A stretch of DNA of 64,000 nt from an uncultured Candidatus Poseidoniales archaeon (GTDB taxonomy: Archaea > Thermoplasmatota > Poseidoniia > Poseidoniales > Poseidoniaceae): the NCBI GenBank assembly GCA_963997415.1, contig CAXEMN010000001.1, forward strand, positions 24,220 through 88,219. Direction: 5' to 3'. Position 1 is the first letter of the stretch. Each line of letters begins with the position of its first letter. The notes under the pieces were generated by a model. It worked only from the letters and a program-made list of their open reading frames with translations, searched no databases and was not told where the DNA came from. The position numbers were made by a program, and so were the translations under genes. Shown here one piece after another: positions 56,596 through 64,000 of this stretch.

Positions 56596-57339
56596 ATGAG
56601 CGAAGAGATGTTACGCGTCGAGAATCTTCACGTGAGCGTGGACAATACACCCATTCTCAAGGGTCTAAACATCACCATCAATCGGGGCGAAATCCATGCG
56701 ATTATGGGCCGGAATGGAGCTGGGAAGTCGACCTTGGCGAATGTGGTCATGGGCCATCCTGCTTACGAGATCACTTCTGGAGAGATTTACTTCCACGGTC
56801 AACCACTGGATGAACTCGCTGTGTTCGAACGCGCACGAGCAGGTATGTTTCTCTCCTTCCAATATCCAGCGGTCATCCCTGGGGTACAAGTCGGCACATT
56901 CCTCAAGAAATCAGTTGCTTCCGTTCGTGATGAACCACCAAAGGGCCGGGCATTCCGAAAGGAATTGAACGAGGCAATGGGGAAGTTGGAAATGGACAAA
57001 AGTTTCCTCTCACGCTATGTCAATGACGGCTTCAGCGGGGGCGAAAAGAAGCGACTGGAAATCCTTCAGATGCTCTTACTCAAGCCAAAATTAGCCTTGT
57101 TGGACGAAACTGATTCTGGATTAGATATCGACGCTTTACGAATCGTGTCAAAGGGTATTAATGAAATCGCACCAGAGGCCGGATGCCTCATTATCACTCA
57201 CTACCAACGTTTGCTTGACCATGTAAAACCGCATTATGTACACGCCTTAATTGACGGGACAATTGTAAAAACAGGTGGGCCGGAACTGGCGTTGGAACTG
57301 GAAGAACGTGGCTATGATTGGCTCGATGCAGCGGCTTGA
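56596..57339 (+). CDS. sufC: Fe-S cluster assembly ATPase SufC
   Basis: Motifs: [40 protein letters not shown]. Start at [11 protein letters not shown]. Confidence 0.93.
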   Translation: MSEEMLRVENLHVSVDNTPILKGLNITINRGEIHAIMGRNGAGKSTLANVVMGHPAYEITSGEIYFHGQPLDELAVFERARAGMFLSFQYPAVIPGVQVGTFLKKSVASVRDEPPKGRAFRKELNEAMGKLEMDKSFLSRYVNDGFSGGEKKRLEILQMLLLKPKLALLDETDSGLDIDALRIVSKGINEIAPEAGCLIITHYQRLLDHVKPHYVHALIDGTIVKTGGPELALELEERGYDWLDAAA

Positions 57340-57348
57340 GGTGGACAC

Positions 57349-58755
57349 ATGAACGAAGAAGCAATGGACGCTGTTGGCGACTACAAGTATGGATTCCACG
57401 ATCCGGAACATGCAACCATTCGTTTTGACAAAGGGCTGTCTGAGCAGGTTGTTCGTGACATCTCAGCACTCAAGGATGAACCAGAATGGATGACTGAACT
57501 TCGTGTAAAAGCCTACAAGCACTTCGAAGAGCGCGCTATGCCAGATTGGGGTAATTGCAACCTTCTCGAGTCAATTAATTTTGAAAACGTCACCTACTTC
57601 CTTCGTTCTTCCGATCAAACCGAAAAGAACTGGGACGATGTGCCAGATGACATCAAGAACACCTTCGATCGTTTGGGCATTCCAGAAGCCGAGCAAAAAT
57701 GGCTTGGTGGCGTTACCGCACAATACGAATCTGAGGCGGTCTATCACTCCATTCGAGAGGATTTGGAAGAACAAGGTGTCATTTTCCTCGACATGGACAC
57801 GGGTCTCAAAACACATCCCGAACTCGTCAAGAAATTTTTCGGCACCGTCGTTCCCCACAGCGATAACAAGTTCTCTGCCCTCAACACTGCCGTGTGGTCT
57901 GGTGGTTCATTCATCTACGTGCCGAAAGGCGTCTCAGTAGAGATGCCAGTCCAAGCCTATTTCCGGATCAATGCCAAGAACATGGGCCAATTTGAGCGAA
58001 CGCTCATCATTGCGGATGAAGGGAGCACCATCCATTATGTCGAAGGGTGCACTGCGCCAAGTTATTCCACTGACTCACTGCACTCTGCCGTTGTTGAACT
58101 CGTGGCTATGGAAGGCGCAAAAATCCGATATTCTACTGTCCAAAACTGGTCGAACAATGTCTACAATCTGGTGACAAAGCGCGCCGTTGCTCACAAAAAT
58201 GCCACTGTCGAATGGGTTGACGGGAACATCGGTTCAAAGTTGACCATGAAGTACCCCTCGGTCCTGCTCAAGGGTGAAGGTGCTCACGCAGAAGTGATTT
58301 CCGTAGCTTATGCAGGCGAAGGTCAACACCAAGACGCTGGCGCAAAGGTCCACCATCTCGCACGAAACACCACTTCGAACATTCTCTCAAAATCGATTTC
58401 GAAAAATGGTGGCCGATCTTCGTACCGAGGCATGCTCCAAGTCATGCCAAAAGCCGATAGTTGCCGCTCAAAAGTTGTCTGCGATGCTCTTATTCTCGAT
58501 GAAAACTCCCGCTCGGACACTTATCCGACCATGGAAATTGGAAACTCCTCTGCCGACCTCGAACACGAAGCAAGCGTTTCCAAGGTTTCGAGTGACCAAT
58601 TGTTCTACCTGATGAGCCGAGGCTTCACTGAAGAAGCTGCTATGGGCTTGATCGTCAACGGCTTTTTCGAACCGTTTACTCGCGAGTTGCCGATGGAATA
58701 CGCCGTCGAACTTAACAAACTCTTAGAGTTAGAAATGGAGGGTTCGATTGGATGA
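57349..58755 (+). CDS. sufB: Fe-S cluster assembly scaffold SufB
   Basis: 468 aa. Motifs: [37 protein letters not shown], and the C-terminal FYLMSRG...A..LIVNGF. Confidence 0.93.
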   Translation: MNEEAMDAVGDYKYGFHDPEHATIRFDKGLSEQVVRDISALKDEPEWMTELRVKAYKHFEERAMPDWGNCNLLESINFENVTYFLRSSDQTEKNWDDVPDDIKNTFDRLGIPEAEQKWLGGVTAQYESEAVYHSIREDLEEQGVIFLDMDTGLKTHPELVKKFFGTVVPHSDNKFSALNTAVWSGGSFIYVPKGVSVEMPVQAYFRINAKNMGQFERTLIIADEGSTIHYVEGCTAPSYSTDSLHSAVVELVAMEGAKIRYSTVQNWSNNVYNLVTKRAVAHKNATVEWVDGNIGSKLTMKYPSVLLKGEGAHAEVISVAYAGEGQHQDAGAKVHHLARNTTSNILSKSISKNGGRSSYRGMLQVMPKADSCRSKVVCDALILDENSRSDTYPTMEIGNSSADLEHEASVSKVSSDQLFYLMSRGFTEEAAMGLIVNGFFEPFTRELPMEYAVELNKLLELEMEGSIG

Positions 58756-59786
58756 ACTACCTGCAAATGGCAGTCCCTCCACGTTCGGCTCATTTGTGGC
58801 GGTATACCCCCTGGCATCGAATTCATCCTACGAAGCCAGAAGAACTTCCACAGGCTGATTCAGTTTCCTTCGAAGTTGAAGGTTTTGAATTGTCTTCTAT
58901 GACTCCCGAAAGCGATGCTTCTGAAATTGCTCGTGCATTTTTGAAGGAGGCAGGGGGTTCATCGTCGCGTTTGGCTGTGAAAGGCACTGGCGAAACCATC
59001 CACATCAAAGCCCGAGCGAGCGGCCATGTTGCTGTTGGCCACCTTGAGCTCGACATCAAAGGTGATGTCACGATCCTTTTGCACCTCTCTGGCGATGCTG
59101 GTTGGTGCGGAATTCATTTGTCTGGAAGAATTCACCCCAACTCAAACCTTGGATTTGGTTTCATCAATGAACTTGACCAAACCACAAAACTCCTGCGTTG
59201 TGATGACTGGCTTCTCGAACGCGATGCCTCATTCGATCACGCAACACTCTCAGTTGGTGGCTTCAACTGCAAATCCGACTTACGATGCACACTCAACGGC
59301 ACGGGATCATCCATTCGTCAATCCGTTACTGCGCACGGCCAAGGTGCACGGCATGACGATCATCACATTGAGATTCATCACCTTCATGGCAACACCAATT
59401 CAAATTTGGTCACCAATGCAGCCTGTGCTGGTAGCAGCCACTTTGTGGCAACAGGATTGCTGACCATTGCCGAAGGGGCTGATGGGACGGATGCTGGCCA
59501 AGTGTTCCGTAATCTTTTGCTCTCTGAAAAAGCTCGTGCGGAAGCCATTCCTGAGTTGGAAGTCCTTGCGGATGATGTTTCTGCAGCACACGGTGCAGCA
59601 AGCGCCCCAATCGATCCAGCACAACTTCACTATCTGATGTCCCGCGGATTGAGTCCTGAAGAATCAGAATCAATGATCGTGAATGGTTTCCTAATCGACG
59701 CCTTTTCCAACTTGAAGAATGAATCATTGACCGAGCAAATGCGAACTCGGCTCACCGTCCATTTGGAATGCGAACTCAAGAGGTGA
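58752..59786 (+). CDS. sufD: Fe-S cluster assembly protein SufD
   Basis: Beta-helix paralogue of SufB with [35 protein letters not shown]. Four-nt overlap with sufB. Confidence 0.85.
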   Translation: MNYLQMAVPPRSAHLWRYTPWHRIHPTKPEELPQADSVSFEVEGFELSSMTPESDASEIARAFLKEAGGSSSRLAVKGTGETIHIKARASGHVAVGHLELDIKGDVTILLHLSGDAGWCGIHLSGRIHPNSNLGFGFINELDQTTKLLRCDDWLLERDASFDHATLSVGGFNCKSDLRCTLNGTGSSIRQSVTAHGQGARHDDHHIEIHHLHGNTNSNLVTNAACAGSSHFVATGLLTIAEGADGTDAGQVFRNLLLSEKARAEAIPELEVLADDVSAAHGAASAPIDPAQLHYLMSRGLSPEESESMIVNGFLIDAFSNLKNESLTEQMRTRLTVHLECELKR

Positions 59787-59787
59787 T

Positions 59788-60984
59788 TTGATGGCAATCC
59801 GAGATGACTTCCCGATTCTACAACGCACCGTGCATGGGCACCCGCTCGTGTACCTTGACAATGCTGCAACCACACAAAAACCGCAAGTGGTCATCGATGC
59901 AATGAACGACTATTATACGCAATCAAACGCCAATGTTCACCGTGCTGTTCACACGTTAGCCGGTGAAGCAACCGATGGATATGAGGGTTGTAGGAATCGA
60001 CTGAAATCGTGGTTCAATGCCGAGCGTGCCATTTTGACGAGTGGTACAACCGAAGCCATCAATCTCGTTGCTCATGCTTGGGGCAGAGCAAATTTGGAAA
60101 AAGGCGATGCCATTGTTCTCACCGAGATGGAGCACCACTCAGACATTGTGCCTTGGCAAATGCTTGCTAAAGAGCGCGGTGTCGAAATTCGTTATGTTCC
60201 AGTTTTGGATGATTTCACCCTTGACATGGAGGTCTACGAAGCATCACTTGAAGGCGCTAAACTTGTTTGTGTCGTTCACACCTCGAACGTCTTAGGTGTG
60301 CGTAATCCACTTGAGAGGATCATCAAATTAGCACATCAATTTGGATCAAAAGTATTGATTGATGCTGCTCAAGGCGTGCCACACGATCGAATTGACTTCG
60401 ACGCTTTTGGTGCTGACTTCATGGCTTTCTCGGCGCACAAAATGTGCGGACCAACAGGCATTGGTGCACTGTTGGTGCGACCAGATACATTTGAAGAAAT
60501 GCAGCCCTTTATGGGCGGTGGTGACATGATTGAAACCGTCACCATTGAGGGCTCAACATACCAAACGAATGAACACAAATTCGAAGCAGGAACGCCACGA
60601 ATCGCTGAAGCTATTGGTTGGGACGCTGCCTTCGGATGGATGGAATCCCTCGATTTGGAACATGAGCACAAGCGCATGCTGGAAATAGCCCGCTACACCG
60701 CTACACAATTACGAGCCCTTGGTATGACGGTTTACGGACGACATGATGATTCAGACAGCGCCGTCGTTTCATTCCTCCATCCAACATTGCACAGCGAAGA
60801 TCTTGCTCATCTCTTGGATGCGAGAGGCTTTGCAGTTCGTACCGGTCATCATTGCGCCCAACCGCTCCTCCATCGGTTAGGAATCTCGGGCACAGTTCGA
60901 GCCTCGTTCTACCTCTACAACACAATGGAAGAAGCAGAAATGTTCATCGCTCAGGTCAAGAAAATAGTGGAGCGGTTTGCATGA
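59788..60984 (+). CDS. sufS: Cysteine desulfurase SufS (group II)
   Basis: Motifs: YLDNAATTQKP, SAHKMCGPTGIG (PLP Lys), RTGHHCAQP (catalytic Cys loop), and RASFYLYNT. Confidence 0.92.
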   Translation: MMAIRDDFPILQRTVHGHPLVYLDNAATTQKPQVVIDAMNDYYTQSNANVHRAVHTLAGEATDGYEGCRNRLKSWFNAERAILTSGTTEAINLVAHAWGRANLEKGDAIVLTEMEHHSDIVPWQMLAKERGVEIRYVPVLDDFTLDMEVYEASLEGAKLVCVVHTSNVLGVRNPLERIIKLAHQFGSKVLIDAAQGVPHDRIDFDAFGADFMAFSAHKMCGPTGIGALLVRPDTFEEMQPFMGGGDMIETVTIEGSTYQTNEHKFEAGTPRIAEAIGWDAAFGWMESLDLEHEHKRMLEIARYTATQLRALGMTVYGRHDDSDSAVVSFLHPTLHSEDLAHLLDARGFAVRTGHHCAQPLLHRLGISGTVRASFYLYNTMEEAEMFIAQVKKIVERFA

Positions 60985-61394
60985 CATACCCTGTCCAATT
61001 GTTGGAATTGATTGAGGAATTTCGGGAAGTCGAAGACCAGATGGAACGCCTTGAAATGGTGTTTGAAATGGCAGATGAAGTTGTTGCATTCCCGGTGGAA
61101 GATTGGTCGGATTCAACCCGTATACACGGCTGTCAATCTGAAGCACATGTTCAGGTTCGCCTCGATGATGGCAAAGTGCTCATGGCAGGTGGCGCTGATG
61201 CACAACTCGTCCAAGGACTCATGGGGATCTTAACCATCGCCATTAACGGAAGCGCTCCCGCTCAAGCCTTGCTGCTTTCTCCAGAATTCGCCCAAGAGAT
61301 GGGCATCCTAAATTCGCTTTCTCCAAGCCGTTCGAATGGTTTTAGAAACATGTTCGATAAGGTCATGCTGGAGATACGAGGGTTGGTGGAATAG
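60981..61394 (+). CDS. sufE: Sulfur acceptor SufE
   Basis: ATGA overlap with sufS. ERLEMVFEMAD...RIHGCQSEAHV contains the conserved acceptor Cys. Confidence 0.85.
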   Translation: MTYPVQLLELIEEFREVEDQMERLEMVFEMADEVVAFPVEDWSDSTRIHGCQSEAHVQVRLDDGKVLMAGGADAQLVQGLMGILTIAINGSAPAQALLLSPEFAQEMGILNSLSPSRSNGFRNMFDKVMLEIRGLVE

Positions 61395-61712
61395 ATGGTT
61401 GAAAAGGAAGACGTGATGAACCACCTTGACGAAGTTGAAGATCCTGAGTTGGAATTGTCCATTGTTGAACTCGGTTTGGTCTATGATGTGAGATTCGAGT
61501 CGAGGGATGATGGGACACATGCAGAAATCGATCTTACGTTGACCTCGCCCGGGTGCCCAGCAGCGCCCGAAATCATGGCGGCAGCTCACCGAGCAGCGCT
61601 CTTGACTGACGGTTTGGATTCGGTTCACATCAACCTTGTCTGGTCACCTCGTTGGGATCCTAAAATCCACGCAACAGAAGATGCCCGTATGGACATGGGA
61701 ATATGGGATTAA
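61395..61712 (+). CDS. sufT: DUF59 / SufT (MIP18-family) Fe-S assembly protein
   Basis: Motifs: LDEVEDPELELSIVELGLVYDV and LTLTSPGCPAAPEI. Confidence 0.75.
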   Translation: MVEKEDVMNHLDEVEDPELELSIVELGLVYDVRFESRDDGTHAEIDLTLTSPGCPAAPEIMAAAHRAALLTDGLDSVHINLVWSPRWDPKIHATEDARMDMGIWD

Positions 61713-61715
61713 GCA

Positions 61716-62831
61716 TCAACGTTTGACAACAATCGTCAGCAAATCGCCATCCTTCAACAGGTGGTCCAATCCCACCCGTTGCCAATCGAATTTTGCGCTT
61801 GGTCCTTTGACACGTGCATAACGGAACTTTCGAACAAAATCACGGTGCAGTTTGTTGCAGATGTGCTCAACGGTCGAATCATCTTTGACGATCAAAGGCT
61901 CTTCAAGGTCGGCTTCTTGGCCTTGCGGCTTCAAAAATACCCGCATGAAACCGAGGTTGTCATAGATGAAGTCCTTGAGCTCGTCCAGTCCAATGTCTTT
62001 GAACGCTGAGATCCTCATGACAGGCCAATCTTGAGGAAGGTTTGAACGGGCGTTAAGGATTTCTTCTTCCGATGCAATGTCAATTTTGTTGATGGCAATA
62101 ACTGCCTTTTCATAAATCCGGTTTTGTGCTAAACAGTCAACGATTTGTTCAGCGGTGGTATCGTTTCTAAGTGTCACAATGGCAGATGTAAATCCAAACG
62201 ACCTGATGATATCACCCATTTCCTCATTGGTGAGGTGAGTTTGTTCAACCGTGGTACGTACGTCAATGCCGCCTCGCTCTGTTCGCTTGATGAACACTGG
62301 AGGGCGGGTTTCATTCAAGCGTAAACCCGCATTGTGCAATTCTCGATGAAGGACGTTAAAGTGTGCATCTTGGAATGGATCTACGATGTACAAGACCATA
62401 TCTGCACTACGGATGACATTGAGAATCTCTCGTCCGCGTCCCTTTCCTTCTGCTGCACCCTTGATCAGACCAGGCAAATCGAGGATCTGAATTTTTGCAC
62501 CTCGGTGCTCCATGACACCTGGGATACAGGTCAAGGTTGTGAACGCATATCCCGCTGCCTCGGAATGTGCGTCGGTTACTTTGGAGATAAGTGTCGACTT
62601 ACCGACGGATGGGAAACCAACCAATGCAACGGTGGCATCACCTGATTTTTTGACTTCGAAGCCTTTACCGCCACCACTCGCTTTGGAGTGTGCGTGTGCC
62701 TTTTCTTCCTTGATTTTCAACTGAGCGATTTTTGCTTTCAGTTTACCAATGTGGGCGTTTGTGGCCTTGTTTTTTTGAGTCTTGTCAATCTCGGCGCGAA
62801 TCAATTCGATTTGCTCCTTAATCGTGGCCAC
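61716..62831 (-). CDS. drg: Developmentally regulated GTP-binding protein (DRG; OBG-HflX class with C-terminal TGS domain)
   Basis: TQKNKATNAHIGKLKAK, G1 GFPSVGKSTL, G3 DLPG, G4 NKID, and a TGS-like C-terminus. I prefer GTG 62831 (giving MATIKEQ), with GGAGGG 7 nt upstream. The ORF-track ATG at 62867 adds 12 atypical residues. Confidence 0.88.
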   Translation of the reverse strand: MATIKEQIELIRAEIDKTQKNKATNAHIGKLKAKIAQLKIKEEKAHAHSKASGGGKGFEVKKSGDATVALVGFPSVGKSTLISKVTDAHSEAAGYAFTTLTCIPGVMEHRGAKIQILDLPGLIKGAAEGKGRGREILNVIRSADMVLYIVDPFQDAHFNVLHRELHNAGLRLNETRPPVFIKRTERGGIDVRTTVEQTHLTNEEMGDIIRSFGFTSAIVTLRNDTTAEQIVDCLAQNRIYEKAVIAINKIDIASEEEILNARSNLPQDWPVMRISAFKDIGLDELKDFIYDNLGFMRVFLKPQGQEADLEEPLIVKDDSTVEHICNKLHRDFVRKFRYARVKGPSAKFDWQRVGLDHLLKDGDLLTIVVKR

Positions 62832-62838
62832 GACAAAA

Positions 62839-62844
62839 CCCTCC
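62839..62844 (-). promoter_or_regulatory. Shine-Dalgarno-like GGAGGG upstream of the drg GTG start
   Basis: The minus strand reads acGGAGGGttttgtcGTG, with 7-nt spacing. Confidence 0.5.
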
Positions 62845-63029
62845 GTAATCAACGGCGCGGCCCGCATTCTTCAATGCTGTTGAAGTGTTCCTCAGTGCAG
62901 TCTACTTTCATGTGCTCCAAATTGAGTGCAGAGTCGTGCTTTATCTCCGTGATTTCAAAGGTGTGGGGGCTCCCGATGATGTCTCTTTGAGCCGATGCCA
63001 TCAAACGGGTCGGGCGCTACGCTTGTCCC

Positions 63030-63710
63030 ATGGGCCTTGAATTGGTGGTGCTCCTCGTCGATGAGCCCTCGCTCCAATCTCTTTTGGATTGCACATGGCA
63101 CGAGTTGTACGCCGGCATGGAAAAGGGTACATTTCGAAACCAGCGTCCAGAAGGAGACCCGCGCCTAAAACGCAGCTTTGACATCGATGGTGAAGCTGAA
63201 CTTCTCGATTGGATGGATTCGTGCACTATGGAACCAGAGACACCTTTGATCGAGGCTCTTCGGAATCTAAGTGAGGGTGAGGAAGGACTTCTTCATCTCA
63301 TGAAATACGCAAGCGTAGGGTCATGGGAAGTGTGGGAGGGTCGAGCTTTTCTCTATCTTGACGTAGCGTTGAATGAACAGGTGGCTCATGTCGATGCCTT
63401 GTACAGTGAAACAACATGGCATGATGTGTGCACGAAACTCACTGGCATTCCTGAAGACGAATTCGCAGATTCGGTTTGCTTTGATTGGATGGAGCGAAGG
63501 AAAGAACTCGGTGAGACGCTCGATGAAAAAGAGGATCCGAAGATCTTGCCAACCTATGAGGCACATCATCGTGCAAGTCGCACGATGGTTCACACAGTCA
63601 ATCGTTGGGTCAGTGAGGACCGACTTGTCGGTATTGTTGGTCGTGAACATTTGAGGGCTGCAGACTGGGGTCATGGGGTATGGAACCTAAGCGCGTTCCT
63701 CAAACCTTGA
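63030..63710 (+). CDS. Hypothetical protein
   Basis: 226-aa acidic, Trp-rich ORF in an otherwise empty slot. No motif recognised. Confidence 0.4.
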   Translation: MGLELVVLLVDEPSLQSLLDCTWHELYAGMEKGTFRNQRPEGDPRLKRSFDIDGEAELLDWMDSCTMEPETPLIEALRNLSEGEEGLLHLMKYASVGSWEVWEGRAFLYLDVALNEQVAHVDALYSETTWHDVCTKLTGIPEDEFADSVCFDWMERRKELGETLDEKEDPKILPTYEAHHRASRTMVHTVNRWVSEDRLVGIVGREHLRAADWGHGVWNLSAFLKP

Positions 63711-63748
63711 ACGAGGGGTTCAAAGACCACTTCCTTCACGCCGAAATC

Positions 63749-64000
63749 ATGAGCGAAGACGATGTCGTCGATGACGAGGTGCCCGTCATCGAAGAAGGAA
63801 TGGAAACAATGGATGTTGGCGAAGAGGCCGAAGTCGAAGTTCAAGATCCGTTGGAAGTTGCTCTTGAACGCGCAGAAAAGGCAGAAAATGAAATCGCTTA
63901 CAAGGATGCTGAGATTCAGAATGTCCGCAAAAGACTCATGGCTGAAAAGGCAGAATTGATCCAGTACAGTGGTATGGGGCTCGCACGCAGAATGCTTACT
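63749..64000 (+). CDS. grpE: Nucleotide exchange factor GrpE, N-terminal 84 aa (continues past the window end)
   Basis: Not in the ORF track because it has no stop in the window. ATG 63749 opens MSEDDVVDDE...LERAEKAENEIAYKDAEIQNVRKRLMAEKAELIQY. This is the acidic N-terminus plus the AExxNxRKR motif of GrpE. The listed ORF 63762-63959 is out of frame with it. Confidence 0.8.
   Translation, partial: MSEDDVVDDEVPVIEEGMETMDVGEEAEVEVQDPLEVALERAEKAENEIAYKDAEIQNVRKRLMAEKAELIQYSGMGLARRMLT

Noticed and set aside
62894-62931. A direct repeat AGTGCAG x2, spaced 31 nt, in the drg upstream region.
   Set aside because: A 7-mer direct repeat is expected by chance, and no further copies or symmetry were seen.
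63762-63959. A 65-aa ORF is listed in the track at the window edge.
   Set aside because: It is out of frame (+1) with a clear GrpE reading frame that starts at 63749 and runs off the window. It is a shadow ORF.
1-64000. I looked for CRISPR arrays, IS/transposase, integrase, toxin-antitoxin or restriction-modification genes, rRNA, and additional tRNAs.
   Set aside because: I could find no spaced direct-repeat arrays, no recombinase or defence-type motifs in any ORF, and no other T-loop/acceptor-stem candidates in the few intergenic gaps over 80 nt.

Overview
The window is a gene-dense (~95% coding), streamlined stretch of a marine archaeal chromosome. The lineage call rests on archaeal or eukaryal-type informational genes: a long PheRS alpha subunit, archaeosine tRNA-guanine transglycosylase, DRG GTPase, CTP-dependent riboflavin kinase, and a tRNA-Thr with G15. 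A Marine Group II / Poseidoniales-like euryarchaeon is my inference only. Many operational genes look bacterial. I found no rRNA, CRISPR array, transposase, integrase or prophage genes, and one tRNA-Thr(UGU).

Main blocks:
- 1-9275: a complete classical, O2-dependent protoporphyrin-type heme pathway (hemA, hemC-hemD fusion, hemB, hemL, hemE, hemF, hemY, and convergent hemH).
- 14.0-22.4 kb: a catabolic region with an LLM oxidoreductase, an Asparaginase_II-family protein, an aldehyde dehydrogenase, and a 2-aminophenol-dioxygenase-like LigB pair whose second subunit is fused to a RidA-type deaminase.
- 33.3-36.0 kb: a PAP2-like / GDPD lipid head-group pair. The GDPD looks circularly permuted.
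- 37.3-41.8 kb: the best candidate for an undescribed system. It is a translationally coupled operon encoding a DUF835-type protein, a DnaA/Hda-like AAA+ protein with a Lys-less Walker A, and a YkgJ Cys-cluster protein.
- 48.0-53.6 kb: a five-gene double ABC-2 transporter operon.
- 53.7-55.9 kb: an ArcTGT lacking the family zinc ligands.
- 56.0-61.7 kb: a full bacterial-style suf cluster (nfu / sufCBDSE-sufT).

A partial grpE at the 3' edge is absent from the ORF track. Start codons are often uncertain. All family assignments come from motif recognition by eye, not database searches.
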